Shown: one piece after another, positions 1-9,577 of the stretch | How the letters are laid out: the number at the start of each line of letters is the position of its first letter | How positions within the stretch are numbered: position 1 is the stretch's first letter | NCBI GenBank assembly: GCA_019136785.1 | Contig: JAGVTM010000514.1 | Span: 1 to 36,728 of the forward strand | DNA length: 36,728 nt | Reading direction: 5' to 3' | Origin: Chloroflexota bacterium | Lineage (GTDB): Bacteria; Chloroflexota; Anaerolineae; Promineifilales; Promineifilaceae | Translations under genes and position numbers: made by a program | Notes under the pieces: generated by a model | Database searches by the model: none | Seen by the model: only the letters and a program-made list of their open reading frames with translations | Told to the model about the DNA's origin: nothing

Positions 1-1530
1 CAGTTGTTTGCCGAAGCGCTGCCGCTGGCGCTAGAAGATTCGGTGCGCGTCTGGCTGTTGGACCGCGCCAGCGCCGCGCCGTATCGCGCCGAAGTGGAAG
101 TGTCGGCTGACCTGTCCGGCAGCATCTACGGTTCCGTTTTGTGGCCGTACACGCTGCGTCGTACGGGTGAAGTGGGCGGCTCTATTACCTGGGCCAGCTC
201 CAGCATCCTGACCGAAGCGTGGAACCCGGTTGCCGGCACGAACTGGATCTATGACACGGCTCTGATTCGGGCCACGGGCGAGCAATCCTTTGTGGTTGAC
301 CCCAACACCGGTCTGACCTGGCCTAATCGTATGGCCAGCTACGACGTGGTTGTCCAGGAAGGGCTGCCCGTCAGCAAGACCCTGGACTGGTTGACGCTGG
401 AGTTCGCGCCAGAGATCGTCGTTCCCGACGATGCCTGGGCCGACTGGGATGCAGTATCACAAACGTTCCTGACGGCGGCGGACGTGTACACCGAAACGCA
501 GACGGCGCTGACCAAGATCACTACCACCTACCCCAGCGACCTGTTTGAAACGGTGACCTGGCATGATGGCAGCCCGCTGAGTCTGGGCGACATGGTCATG
601 CTGTGGATCATGCAGTTCGATCAAGCCAAGCCGGAAAGCGCCATCTATGACGAAGCGCAGGTGCCGGCTCTCGACTCCTTCATGCAAACCTTCAAGGGTC
701 TGCGCGTCACCTCCACCGACCCGCTGACGGTCGAATTCTACACCGACCTGTGGTCTCTGGATGCGGAAACCTCGATCAGCAACCTGCGCACGATGTGGCC
801 TTACTATGGCTTTGGTCAGGGCGCATGGCACACGGTTGGTCTGGGCGTGTCGGCAGAAAGCAAGGGTTTGGCTGTCTTCTCGGCAGACAAATCGGCGGCG
901 CTGGAAGTGGAGCAGTTGAACTACATCTCCGGGCCTACGCTGGACATCATGACGCAAGAATTGGCCGAATTGGCGGCAGGGGGCACGCTCCCGTACGCGC
1001 CGACGTTGAGCCAGTTCGTCTCTGCGGAAGAGGCAGCGGCGCGTTATGCCAACCTGCAAGAGTGGTTCCGCCGTCGCGGTCACTACTGGGTGGGCACCGG
1101 GCCGTTCTACTTACAGCGCGCTTTCCCGGTGGAAGGCACCGTCATCCTGGAGCGCAACGAGAATTATCCTGACCCGGCGGACAAGTGGGCGCGCTTCTCT
1201 GAGCCCGCTATCGCCCAGGTGGAGGTAGATGGGCCCGGCCGCGTGGCTATTGGCGAAGCAGCTGCCTTCGACGTTTTCGTGGACTTCAACGATGCGCCAT
1301 ACCCGATGGCTGACATCCAGGAAGTGAAGTACCTGGTCTTTGACGCCACCGGCGCTATGGTATCCACCGGCCTTGCGGAAGCGGTGGAAGATGGCCTGTG
1401 GACGGTGAATCTGGCGACCGATCTGACCTCTGGTCTGGCTGCCGGCTCGAACCGTCTGGAAGTGGTGGTCGTTTCTAAACTGGTGGCTCTGCCCAGCCTG
1501 GGTTCCTTCCAGTTTGTGACGGCGCCTTAA
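1..1530 (+). CDS. ABC transporter substrate-binding protein, family 5 (peptide/nickel type), 5'-truncated at window edge
   Basis: The ORF runs in from the window edge. Family-5 SBP-like motifs are present (TWHDGSPLSLGDMV; WVGTGPFYLQRAFPVEGTVILERNENYPD). It sits directly upstream of DppBCDF-like genes. The C-terminal ~110 aa look like an extra Ig-like module. Confidence 0.8.
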   Translation, partial: QLFAEALPLALEDSVRVWLLDRASAAPYRAEVEVSADLSGSIYGSVLWPYTLRRTGEVGGSITWASSSILTEAWNPVAGTNWIYDTALIRATGEQSFVVDPNTGLTWPNRMASYDVVVQEGLPVSKTLDWLTLEFAPEIVVPDDAWADWDAVSQTFLTAADVYTETQTALTKITTTYPSDLFETVTWHDGSPLSLGDMVMLWIMQFDQAKPESAIYDEAQVPALDSFMQTFKGLRVTSTDPLTVEFYTDLWSLDAETSISNLRTMWPYYGFGQGAWHTVGLGVSAESKGLAVFSADKSAALEVEQLNYISGPTLDIMTQELAELAAGGTLPYAPTLSQFVSAEEAAARYANLQEWFRRRGHYWVGTGPFYLQRAFPVEGTVILERNENYPDPADKWARFSEPAIAQVEVDGPGRVAIGEAAAFDVFVDFNDAPYPMADIQEVKYLVFDATGAMVSTGLAEAVEDGLWTVNLATDLTSGLAAGSNRLEVVVVSKLVALPSLGSFQFVTAP

Positions 1531-1569
1531 ACTGAGCTAGTGTCTCGTCAAGCATAAAATGATGGATTA

Positions 1570-1600
1570 GATTGGTTCAATCTGGGAGATTGAACCAATC
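1570..1600 (+). promoter_or_regulatory. Perfect 14-bp stem / 3-nt loop hairpin downstream of the SBP stop; possible intercistronic attenuator or mRNA stabiliser
   Basis: gattggttcaatct-ggg-agattgaaccaatc lies in a locally AT-rich spacer. No clear U-tract follows, so it is not a canonical terminator. Confidence 0.35.
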
Positions 1601-1853
1601 TATCAAATCACGGCTGACAGAACACTAGTTTGATGAGTATGGTGCGATGCGCCGGCAGCGCATCGCACCCACTGTAAACCGCCCAGAGGGGCGGGGGACG
1701 CCTTCCCTCGCCCCTCCTGGTATTCTCGCAGCAGCCAGCGCTGCGAGTGGCGACCTGTTACGGCATGGCCCCATAAAAACGCAGCGGCTGCGCCCCCGTG
1801 CGGGGGGCCCGCGCGAGGGCGCGCTATCTGTACAGCAGCAAGGAGGTGGCATC

Positions 1854-3014
1854 TTGGCTCAAGAATCTTTCACCCTGCAAGATACCAACATCATTGGGAC
1901 CGAGGCAATAGAATCTGCCTCCAGGAAAGCCGCGTCCGCCGCCATGGTGCGGCTTTTCCGGTATATGGGCGTCAAGTTGGTGGCTTTGTTCTTGACTATC
2001 GTGGTAGGGGTCTATCTGACCATTCTCATTGCCAACATGGGGGGGTATGTTGATCAGATCCGGCGGGCGCAAATTCGGGAAGGGATTGACCTGTTTGTCA
2101 GCCGAAATCCAGACCTGCGGCAGCTTTCTGAAGAAGAGCGAATTCGTTTTATTGAGGAACAGGTAGCTCTGGCGGAGAAGCGCGTGGGGTTGGATCAGCC
2201 ATTCCTGTTCCGTAGTTTTCGTTATCTGGCGGATGCTTTAACCCTGAACCTGGGGTTTGCGGAACAACTGGTGAGCGACAGCGGCTCCAGGCAGGTACGT
2301 CTGGTTATCCTAGAACGGCTGCCGTCCACGCTGGTTTTGTTTGGCACAGCCAACCTGCTCTTATTTTTCCTGGCTATTTTCTCCGCTCTGGCCCTATCCC
2401 GCCGCTATGGCAGCTTCATGGATAAAGTGGTGATGGCGCTGGCGCCTACGTCTGCCGCGCCGGGCTGGTTCTATGGACTGTTCCTGATCCTGATATTTGC
2501 CGGGGTGCTGCGGCTGCTGCCGTTTGGCGGCATGGTGGAGGCGCCGCCGCCGGCAGACCCGCTGGCGTATGGGGTAAGTTTGCTGGAGCACATGGCGCTG
2601 CCGGTCACGGCGACGCTGCTGTCTGCTATCTTCATCAGCATTTATAACTGGCGCACCTTCTTTCTGATTTTTTCCAGCGAGGATTACGTGGAGATGGCGA
2701 AAGCCAAAGGGCTGCCGGACAAGATGATCGAGCGCCGTTACGTGCTGCGCCCCACCTTACCGAACATCATCACCAGTTTTGCGCTGCTGTTGATTTCGCT
2801 ATGGACGGGGGCTATCATTCTGGAAACGGTCTTTAACTGGCCGGGATTGGGACGCCTTTACTTCCGGGCTATTGGGTTGTATGACACGCCGGTGATCGTG
2901 GCTATCACGGTGGTGTACGCCTATTTATTGGGCTTCACCGTTTTTCTGCTGGACTTTATTTACGCCCTGGTTGACCCTCGGGTACGGGTGGGCGAAGGGG
3001 GCACGGGCCGATGA
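1854..3014 (+). CDS. ABC transporter permease, DppB/OppB-like
   Basis: Multi-TM protein with the EAA-type region (SEDYVEMAKAKGLPDKMIERRYVLRPTLPNIIT). The track ORF starts at 1647, but its first ~70 codons cross REP-like hairpins. An in-frame TTG at 1854 follows AGGAGG (1841-1846), and ATG 1944 is an alternative start. The stop overlaps the next start (ATGA at 3011-3014). Confidence 0.85.
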   Translation: MAQESFTLQDTNIIGTEAIESASRKAASAAMVRLFRYMGVKLVALFLTIVVGVYLTILIANMGGYVDQIRRAQIREGIDLFVSRNPDLRQLSEEERIRFIEEQVALAEKRVGLDQPFLFRSFRYLADALTLNLGFAEQLVSDSGSRQVRLVILERLPSTLVLFGTANLLLFFLAIFSALALSRRYGSFMDKVVMALAPTSAAPGWFYGLFLILIFAGVLRLLPFGGMVEAPPPADPLAYGVSLLEHMALPVTATLLSAIFISIYNWRTFFLIFSSEDYVEMAKAKGLPDKMIERRYVLRPTLPNIITSFALLLISLWTGAIILETVFNWPGLGRLYFRAIGLYDTPVIVAITVVYAYLLGFTVFLLDFIYALVDPRVRVGEGGTGR

Positions 3015-4351
3015 ACGTGATCAAGCGCAACCTGCGCGAACTGAGGCGTTATCCATCAGCAGTGATAGGGCTGATCGTTATCCTGTTCCTGCTGGGCATG
3101 TCCGCTTACACGGTGATCAAAATTCCTTACAACGAAGCCGTCCGTCTGTGGCGCGGCGGCGAAGACATCTGGGTAGAAAACCCCAAGAACGCCTGGCCCG
3201 TCTGGTACAACTGGTTGTCCAGTACCAAGCTGCCGGAAACGCTGGTGGTGGACAGCCGCACGGACGTAGAGAAGATCATCGAACAGACATCGGCAGACAT
3301 CCGCGAGGAAAATTTCACGTTCACGATTGATTTTCCGTACGATGAATTTCCGCCAGAGATGATCTTGTACATCAATGCCGAGTATGAAGAGAAGGCGCCC
3401 TTTATCTCTATGACGTGGTTGACACCTGATGGGCGCGAGATTCGGGTGGGGGATATTACGCCGCGGTCTTCGGATTCGTATCGTTTTGCCCAGGACACAC
3501 GTTTGCAGCGGCGTTTGGGCGGCTTGCCGGCAGAACAAGGGTTATTTGCCGCGCCGGATTCAGACCCGCCAGTTCCCCTGAAGGGGACCTACCAACTGCA
3601 AATTGAGGGGCTGGTGTTTGAAGACAACTCCAGTTTCGAGACAAAGCTGGTTATGTATGGCGATGTACATGGGCTGGCAGGCACAGACCACCGGCGGCGG
3701 GATTTGACAGTGGCGTTGTTGTGGGGCACGCCGATTGCCATGGCTTTCGGCTTGCTGGCAGCGGTGGGCACGACGGTGACGACGATGGCTATTGCGGCTA
3801 TTGGCGTCTGGTTTGGCGGGGCGCTGGATTCAGCCATCCAACGTATCACGGAAGTGAACCTGATCTTACCGCTGCTGCCGATTCTGATCATGATAGGCAC
3901 CTTCTATTCACGAAGTATCTGGGTGATGCTGGGGGTGGTCATCTTGCTCAGTATCTTTGGGGCAGCCATCAAGAATTACCGCGCCATTTTCTTGCAGGTG
4001 CGGGTGCTGCCCTATATTGAAGCGGCGCAAGCGTATGGCGCCAGCAACTTGCGGGTGGTGTTCACCTACCTGGTGCCGCGCGTACTGCCCTTGATCATCC
4101 CCAATCTGGTCATCCTGGTGCCCGGGTTTGTGTTCCTGGAAGCGTCCCTGGCGGTGCTGGGGTTGGGCGATCCGGTTCTGCCCACCTGGGGTAAAATTAT
4201 TCAAGACGCCAACTCACAGGGAGCGCTGTTCAATGGCTACTATTACTGGATATTAGAGCCATCTGTGCTGCTGATGATAGCCGGGTTGGCTTTTGCCATG
4301 GTAGGCTATGCCCTGGACCGCATTTTCAACCCACGATTGAGGGAGCTATAG
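3011..4351 (+). CDS. ABC transporter permease, DppC/OppC-like, with a large extracytoplasmic loop after TM1
   Basis: An N-terminal TM is followed by a ~200-aa soluble loop and then a BPD-transporter core (LPYIEAAQAYGASNLRVVFTYLVPRVLP). It is translationally coupled to the upstream permease. Confidence 0.85.
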   Translation: MNVIKRNLRELRRYPSAVIGLIVILFLLGMSAYTVIKIPYNEAVRLWRGGEDIWVENPKNAWPVWYNWLSSTKLPETLVVDSRTDVEKIIEQTSADIREENFTFTIDFPYDEFPPEMILYINAEYEEKAPFISMTWLTPDGREIRVGDITPRSSDSYRFAQDTRLQRRLGGLPAEQGLFAAPDSDPPVPLKGTYQLQIEGLVFEDNSSFETKLVMYGDVHGLAGTDHRRRDLTVALLWGTPIAMAFGLLAAVGTTVTTMAIAAIGVWFGGALDSAIQRITEVNLILPLLPILIMIGTFYSRSIWVMLGVVILLSIFGAAIKNYRAIFLQVRVLPYIEAAQAYGASNLRVVFTYLVPRVLPLIIPNLVILVPGFVFLEASLAVLGLGDPVLPTWGKIIQDANSQGALFNGYYYWILEPSVLLMIAGLAFAMVGYALDRIFNPRLREL

Positions 4352-4355
4352 CGCT

Positions 4356-5321
4356 ATGGAAAAAAAGCACAAGCAACTGCTGCGTATCAAGGAACTGCGC
4401 CTGCACTTCCGTACCACCAGAGGGGTGGTGCAGGCGGTAGATGGCGTGGATTTTGAACTGCCGCGCAACAAAGCGACGGTGGTCATTGGCGAATCAGGCT
4501 GCGGCAAAAGTTCACTGGCTAAGGCTATTTTGCGCCTGCTGCCGCGCAACGTACATACGTATTCGGGGCACGTCTACCTGGGCGACCTGGACATCATGGG
4601 GCTGGAAGACGAAGAGTTCCGGCAGGACATTCGCTGGAGCCGCATCTCGATGGTTCCACAAGCGGCGATGAATGCCTTGAACCCGGTGATGAAGGTGGGT
4701 GAACAGGTGGCGGAACCAGCCATGGTACACCTGGGGCTGAAACACCAGGCGGCCTTGCAGCAAGCGGCGCAGATGTTTGATCACGTGGGCGTGCCCATTG
4801 ACTTCTTGCACCGTTATGCCTTTGAATTGAGCGGGGGCATGAGGCAGCGGGCGGCGCTGGCGATGGCGCTGGTGACTGTGCCTGACCTGGTCATTCTGGA
4901 TGAGCCCACGTCGGCGCTGGATGTGTTGACGCAGGCAAACATCATGAACTTGCTGAAGCGGGTGAAGCAAGAGATGGAGACGAGCTTCATCTTGATCACG
5001 CACGACATTGCTACCTCCAGCGAACTGGCGGACAATGTGGCGGTGATGTATGCAGGGCAGATTGTGGAAGTGGGGGATGCGGCTTCTTTCTTCCCGGCGC
5101 CGCTGCACCCGTATGCCAAAGCGTTAATGAACAGCGTCCCCAGGCTGCGAGGGGACAGCGAACCAGAGTTTATCACGGGGCAACCGCCGAGTTTGTTGTC
5201 ACCGCCAACGGGCTGCCGCTTTGCGGCGCGCTGCCCGGCGCGGTTTGAGAAATGCAGCGAAGACCCCCCGGTTATAACGCAAGCGGATGGCCGGCAAGTC
5301 AAGTGTTGGCTGTATACGTAA
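4356..5321 (+). CDS. ABC transporter ATP-binding protein, DppD/OppD-like
   Basis: Walker A GESGCGKS, signature LSGGMRQR, Walker B LVILDEPTSALD, and an Opp/Dpp C-terminal extension with the Cys motif GCRFAARCP. Confidence 0.9.
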   Translation: MEKKHKQLLRIKELRLHFRTTRGVVQAVDGVDFELPRNKATVVIGESGCGKSSLAKAILRLLPRNVHTYSGHVYLGDLDIMGLEDEEFRQDIRWSRISMVPQAAMNALNPVMKVGEQVAEPAMVHLGLKHQAALQQAAQMFDHVGVPIDFLHRYAFELSGGMRQRAALAMALVTVPDLVILDEPTSALDVLTQANIMNLLKRVKQEMETSFILITHDIATSSELADNVAVMYAGQIVEVGDAASFFPAPLHPYAKALMNSVPRLRGDSEPEFITGQPPSLLSPPTGCRFAARCPARFEKCSEDPPVITQADGRQVKCWLYT

Positions 5322-5336
5322 CCACAGGAGAGGCGC

Positions 5337-6401
5337 ATGATTGACACAAATGACAGCACTCAGGCAGCAGCAATGCCTTTACCCGCCCCTCCCGCAAATG
5401 GGGATGAGCCTCTGCTCTCGATTCAAGACCTGCATGTCTGGTATGAGTTGAAGCGCTGGGGTTTTGCCCACGCCGGTTACGTGCGCGCCGTAGATGGCGT
5501 TACTTTTGATCTGAACCGGGGCGAGGCGATGGCTTGCGTGGGCGAGAGCGGCTGCGGCAAGTCTAGTTTGATGAAGACTATATTAGGTCTGAACCGTCCC
5601 ACTAAGGGAGCGGTCGTCTTTGAAGGCACTAATCTGGCTGACCTAAAAGGGGAAGACCTGAAATGGTACCGGTCGCAGTTGGGGTATGTGCAGCAAGACC
5701 CATTTGGGGCGCTGCCGCCTTTCATGAGCGTGCTGCGCATTCTGGAAGAGCCGTTGATTATCAACGGCGTCAAGGATAAAGAAGAGCGCCGCCGCCGCAT
5801 TGAAAAGGTGTTGGAAGAGGTAAAACTGACGCCGATTAACGAGGTCATCCATAAGTTCCCGCACATGCTCAGCGGCGGGCAGCAGCAGCGGGTGGTTATT
5901 GCGCGGGCCATGATTTTGGAACCGAAGCTGTTGGTGGCGGACGAGCCTGTTTCTATGTTGGACGCTTCGGTGCGGGTGGAAATCCTGAAATTGCTGCGTG
6001 GTTTGCAGGAAAGGCATAACCTGGCGGTGATTTACATCACGCACGACCTGTCTACGGTGCGCTACTTTTCGGAACATATCTTCGTGATGTATGCGGGACA
6101 GATTGTGGAAATAGCCCAGGTTGACGATTTGCTGGAGCATCCGCAACATCCTTATACGATCGCCTTGTTGGAGGCATCGTCTGATCCGGATGCGCATAAT
6201 GCCACGGTGATGAGAGAGATACCGCCTGGCGAACCGCCCAGCCTGGTGAATCCACCCAGGGGCTGCCGCTTCCATCCACGTTGTCCGCACATGATTGATA
6301 CGGTTTGCAACGTGGAAGAACCGCCACCGTTTGTCACTGAACCGCAGCACCGGGTGGCTTGCTGGTTGTATGATCCGAGTAAAGATTATGAGACCCCTTA
6401 G
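5337..6401 (+). CDS. ABC transporter ATP-binding protein, DppF/OppF-like
   Basis: Walker A GESGCGKS, signature LSGGQQQRV, Walker B LLVADEPVSMLD, C-terminal GCRFHPRCP. GGAGAGG lies upstream of the ATG. Confidence 0.9.
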   Translation: MIDTNDSTQAAAMPLPAPPANGDEPLLSIQDLHVWYELKRWGFAHAGYVRAVDGVTFDLNRGEAMACVGESGCGKSSLMKTILGLNRPTKGAVVFEGTNLADLKGEDLKWYRSQLGYVQQDPFGALPPFMSVLRILEEPLIINGVKDKEERRRRIEKVLEEVKLTPINEVIHKFPHMLSGGQQQRVVIARAMILEPKLLVADEPVSMLDASVRVEILKLLRGLQERHNLAVIYITHDLSTVRYFSEHIFVMYAGQIVEIAQVDDLLEHPQHPYTIALLEASSDPDAHNATVMREIPPGEPPSLVNPPRGCRFHPRCPHMIDTVCNVEEPPPFVTEPQHRVACWLYDPSKDYETP

Positions 6402-6591
6402 ACTAATTCTCATTGGCTTTGTGCTGGTGCTTCTGGGCGCAGTTCTGCCATTCTTGATGGTGATTCGCGTTCTGGAAGCGAGTTTTTTGTTGAGTTTCCT
6501 CTCTTATGGGGCTTCGGTTGGGGGGTTGTTTCTGGGGCTTATCGGCGCGGCTTCGTATGTGGGGAATGTCAGGCGGCGGCGGGATTATTAG
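6388..6591 (+). CDS. Small hypothetical membrane protein (67 aa, two predicted TM helices)
   Basis: ATG 6388 overlaps the end of the ATPase gene by 14 nt. The sequence MRPLRLILIGFVLVLLGAVLPFLMVIRVL...GGLFLGLIGAASYVGNVRRRRDY reads as a hydrophobic hairpin with a basic tail. No family was recognised. Confidence 0.4.
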   Translation: MRPLRLILIGFVLVLLGAVLPFLMVIRVLEASFLLSFLSYGASVGGLFLGLIGAASYVGNVRRRRDY

Positions 6592-6597
6592 GTGGTT

Positions 6598-6850
6598 TGT
6601 AAATGGGGGGGGCAGGCCCCCATCCCCCAACCCCCTTCCCCCTAAAGGGGGAAGGGGGCTTAGGGCGCTACGCGCCCTTCGTTCCGGGCGACGCAGAGCG
6701 TCGCTATGTCTCATTCCACGCAGAGCGTGGGACGAGAAACAAGGGGGGCAGGCCCCTATCCCCCAACCCCCTTCCCCCAGGGGGAAGGGGGCTTTCGGAG
6801 AGGGCGAGGGGCGCCGCGCGCCCCTCGCCCTACATTACCCCTTCCCTGGC
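6598..6850. repeat. REP-like composite hairpin elements, family A (about 2 copies)
   Basis: Hairpin CCCCCTTCCCCC-n-GGGGGAAGGGGG occurs at 6631-6658 and again around 6767-6791. Hairpin GGCGAGGGGCGC-n-GCGCCCCTCGCC and the tail CTACATTACCCCTTCCCTGGC follow the second copy. The same element recurs at 9578-9685. Confidence 0.8.
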
Positions 6851-6866
6851 AATACCGTGCGACAAG

Positions 6867-9509
6867 ATGCGTGAGTCTGCTCTGGCGCAACCGCTGGCGG
6901 TTGAGAATATAGCCCGCCGTCCGAGTTTGTGGCGGAATCTGGGCAAATTTGTGGCAGTCCGAACGGTTGTGTTGGTGAGCGCGGTGGTAGCCGGCGTTTA
7001 CATTACGATTCTGATTGCCAACTACGGCGGCTACGTGGATGAGATTATGCGGGGGCGGATTGCGCAGAGCATTGATGGCATGATCATGGGGGGGTGGCTG
7101 CGGGACACGCCGACGGAAGAGAAGTTTGCCATTATTGAGCAGACGACGCTGGCGATGGAGGAGGCGGCCGGGCTGAATGAGCCGTTTTTGCTGCGCACGT
7201 TTCGCTGGCTGGGGGATGGGTTAACGTTAAATTGGGGCGAGTCTACGCGGCCTTTCTTCTACAATATGGCGGGGAGCAGCAGTAACAAAACGGATGTGAG
7301 GGGCATCGTTCTGGATCATTTGGCGCGCACCTTGTTGGTTTTTGGGCTGGCGAATGTGCTGCTGTTTTTCACAACCGTGCTGTTGGGGCTGGCTTTGACG
7401 CGCCACTATGGCTCGCGTCTGGACAGGTTGTTCGCTATTTTTTCGCCGCTGTCGGCGGCGCCCGCCTGGGTGTACGGCGTGCTGTTGAACATTTTCTTGC
7501 TGCGGGTGGTGAATGTGTCAGCAGGGGGGGCGTTTGATTTCTGGCCCAGCGAGTTTCGCTTTGCTTATCTGCCGGTGGTGTTGAAGAATCTGGGGCCGCC
7601 TTTCCTGGCTATTTTTATTGCCGGGTTGTTTCAGGGGGCATACGCCTGGCGCACTTTCTTTCTGGTCTATACGAGCGAAGATTACGTGGAGATGGCGCGG
7701 GCTAAGGGGCTTTCTGCCAGAACGGTGGAGCGGCGTTATGTGCTGCGCCCGGCGCTGCCGGGGATTGTGACCAGTTTTGCTTTGTTGAGCATGAGTTTGT
7801 GGCAGGAGATTATCGCGTTGGAGTATTTCTTCAACGTGGCGGGCATTGGGCGGCTGTTTATCACGGCTATCCGCGCGCTGGATACGCCGATGATTGTAGC
7901 GCTGGTGGTGACTTTTGCGTATCTGCTGGCGGTGACGGTTTTTGTGCTGGACGTTGTGTATGGGCTGTTGGATCCGCGCATCCGGGTGGGGAACGCGGGA
8001 CAGGGGGGGAATGTGGCTCCAGCAGGCGCGCGCCGCGGGCGGCGGCAGCGCCGCGGGCGCCCGCTACATCCGGTTCAGCCATCCCTGGCGCTCTCTACAG
8101 GGGAAATGCAGCTGCAGTCCCCTTCGTGGAGAGAACAACAGCAGCGAAAGTGGCAGCGGCTTAAGGAAACAGGGCGGCAAATCTGGGGCTATCCCACGGC
8201 GGTGATTGGGGCGGTTATCATTTTGGGGCTGGTGGGCGTGTCTATTTATACGGTGGCGACTATTCCCTACGAGCAGGCGATTGCGCTGTGGCGGGGAGAG
8301 GGGAATGTTTGGGCGCGCAATCCGCGCAACGCGCAGCCAACGTGGGTGAATGCGCTGCGCTTTAATAAGCTGCCGCCCACGATTATTCTGGACAGCCGCG
8401 AGGGGGAGGGGAATAAGAGGCGGCAGACTGTAACGGACGAGATTACGGAAATTACGTTTAGCTTTCCTTTTGATTATCCGTATAACGCCTTGCCGCAAGA
8501 TGCCAATCTTTATTTCTACGCCCAATATGAGGAGAAAGTGCCGCATCTGACGCTGACGTGGCTGACGCCAGATGGGCGGGAGTTACAGCTAGGGAGTCTG
8601 GCGACGCGCAGTTACCAGGCGTATTTGATGGGGCAAGACGAACGGTTGCAGCGGCGATTGGGGGGACAGCCGCCGCTGCAGGGGTTGTTTAGGGAACCGC
8701 TGACGGATACGGTACGGTCGCTGACGGAGCAGCGGGTAGCGCCGGGTCAGTATGAGCTGCAGATCAGCGCGCTGGTGTTTGAGGATGAGGCGGATGTGGA
8801 TGTGGAGTTTGTGTTGTTTGGACAGGTGCATGGGATTGCCGGCACGGACGCGCAACGACGCGATTTGATGGTGGCGCTGTTGTGGGGCGCACCTATCGCG
8901 CTGGCGTTTGGGGTGGCGGCAGCGCTGGTGACGTCTGTGAGCGGGATGTTTCTGGCGGCGGTGGGGGCGTGGTTTGGCGGGGGCGTGGATCGGGCGGTGC
9001 AGTTTTTGACGGAAGTGAATTTAATCTTGCCTTTCTTCCCGGTCAGCCTGATGATTTATACGCTTTACTCGAAGAGTATCTGGGTGATTCTGGGGGTGAC
9101 GGTGGCGCTGACTGTCTTTAGTAGTTCGGTGAAGACGTACCGCGCCGTTTTCTTGCAGATTAAGGAGTCGCCGTATATTGAGGCGGCGCGGGCGTATGGG
9201 GCGGGGAATTGGCGGATCATTCGCCGCTATCTGATACCGCGCATTGTGGCGGTGTTGATTCCGAAACTGGTGATTTTGGTGCCGGGTTACGTCTTTCTGG
9301 AAGCGACGCTGGCGTTCCTGGGGGTGAGCGATCCGGTGCTGCCGACGTGGGGGAAGCTGGTGGTGGCGGCTGTTTCGTATGGGATGCAAGCCAGGGTTTA
9401 TCATCTGGCGGTGGCGTCGCTGGGGCTGCTTTTTTTGACGGGGTTTGCGTTTTCGATGCTGGGGCTGGCGTTGGAGAGGGTTTTTGAGCCGCGGCTGCGG
9501 GATACGTGA
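6867..9509 (+). CDS. Fused ABC permease: DppB-like N-terminal half joined to DppC-like C-terminal half in one ORF
   Basis: The N-half is paralogous to ORF 1854-3014 (VYITILIANYGGYVDEI vs VYLTILIANMGGYVDQI; SEDYVEMARAKGLSARTVERRYVLRP). The C-half is paralogous to ORF 3011-4351 (YPTAVIGAVIILGLVG...ALWRGEGNVWARNPRNAQP; PYIEAARAYGAGNWRII). An Arg-rich ~45-aa linker joins them with no stop. The track start 6603 lies in REP sequence; ATG 6867 is the first plausible start. Confidence 0.8.
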   Translation: MRESALAQPLAVENIARRPSLWRNLGKFVAVRTVVLVSAVVAGVYITILIANYGGYVDEIMRGRIAQSIDGMIMGGWLRDTPTEEKFAIIEQTTLAMEEAAGLNEPFLLRTFRWLGDGLTLNWGESTRPFFYNMAGSSSNKTDVRGIVLDHLARTLLVFGLANVLLFFTTVLLGLALTRHYGSRLDRLFAIFSPLSAAPAWVYGVLLNIFLLRVVNVSAGGAFDFWPSEFRFAYLPVVLKNLGPPFLAIFIAGLFQGAYAWRTFFLVYTSEDYVEMARAKGLSARTVERRYVLRPALPGIVTSFALLSMSLWQEIIALEYFFNVAGIGRLFITAIRALDTPMIVALVVTFAYLLAVTVFVLDVVYGLLDPRIRVGNAGQGGNVAPAGARRGRRQRRGRPLHPVQPSLALSTGEMQLQSPSWREQQQRKWQRLKETGRQIWGYPTAVIGAVIILGLVGVSIYTVATIPYEQAIALWRGEGNVWARNPRNAQPTWVNALRFNKLPPTIILDSREGEGNKRRQTVTDEITEITFSFPFDYPYNALPQDANLYFYAQYEEKVPHLTLTWLTPDGRELQLGSLATRSYQAYLMGQDERLQRRLGGQPPLQGLFREPLTDTVRSLTEQRVAPGQYELQISALVFEDEADVDVEFVLFGQVHGIAGTDAQRRDLMVALLWGAPIALAFGVAAALVTSVSGMFLAAVGAWFGGGVDRAVQFLTEVNLILPFFPVSLMIYTLYSKSIWVILGVTVALTVFSSSVKTYRAVFLQIKESPYIEAARAYGAGNWRIIRRYLIPRIVAVLIPKLVILVPGYVFLEATLAFLGVSDPVLPTWGKLVVAAVSYGMQARVYHLAVASLGLLFLTGFAFSMLGLALERVFEPRLRDT

Positions 9510-9577
9510 GAAAAAAGAAGATTTCACCGCGAAGACGCGAAGGGCGCGAAGAAAAGAAAGAATACGGTGTGGTGGGA

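Noticed and set aside
1647-1853. N-terminal 69-codon extension of the first permease ORF (likewise 6603-6866, 32292-32378 and 32814-32966 for other genes)
   Set aside because: The extensions run through palindromic REP or hairpin DNA, encode low-complexity R/G/P/A peptides, and better-placed internal starts exist.
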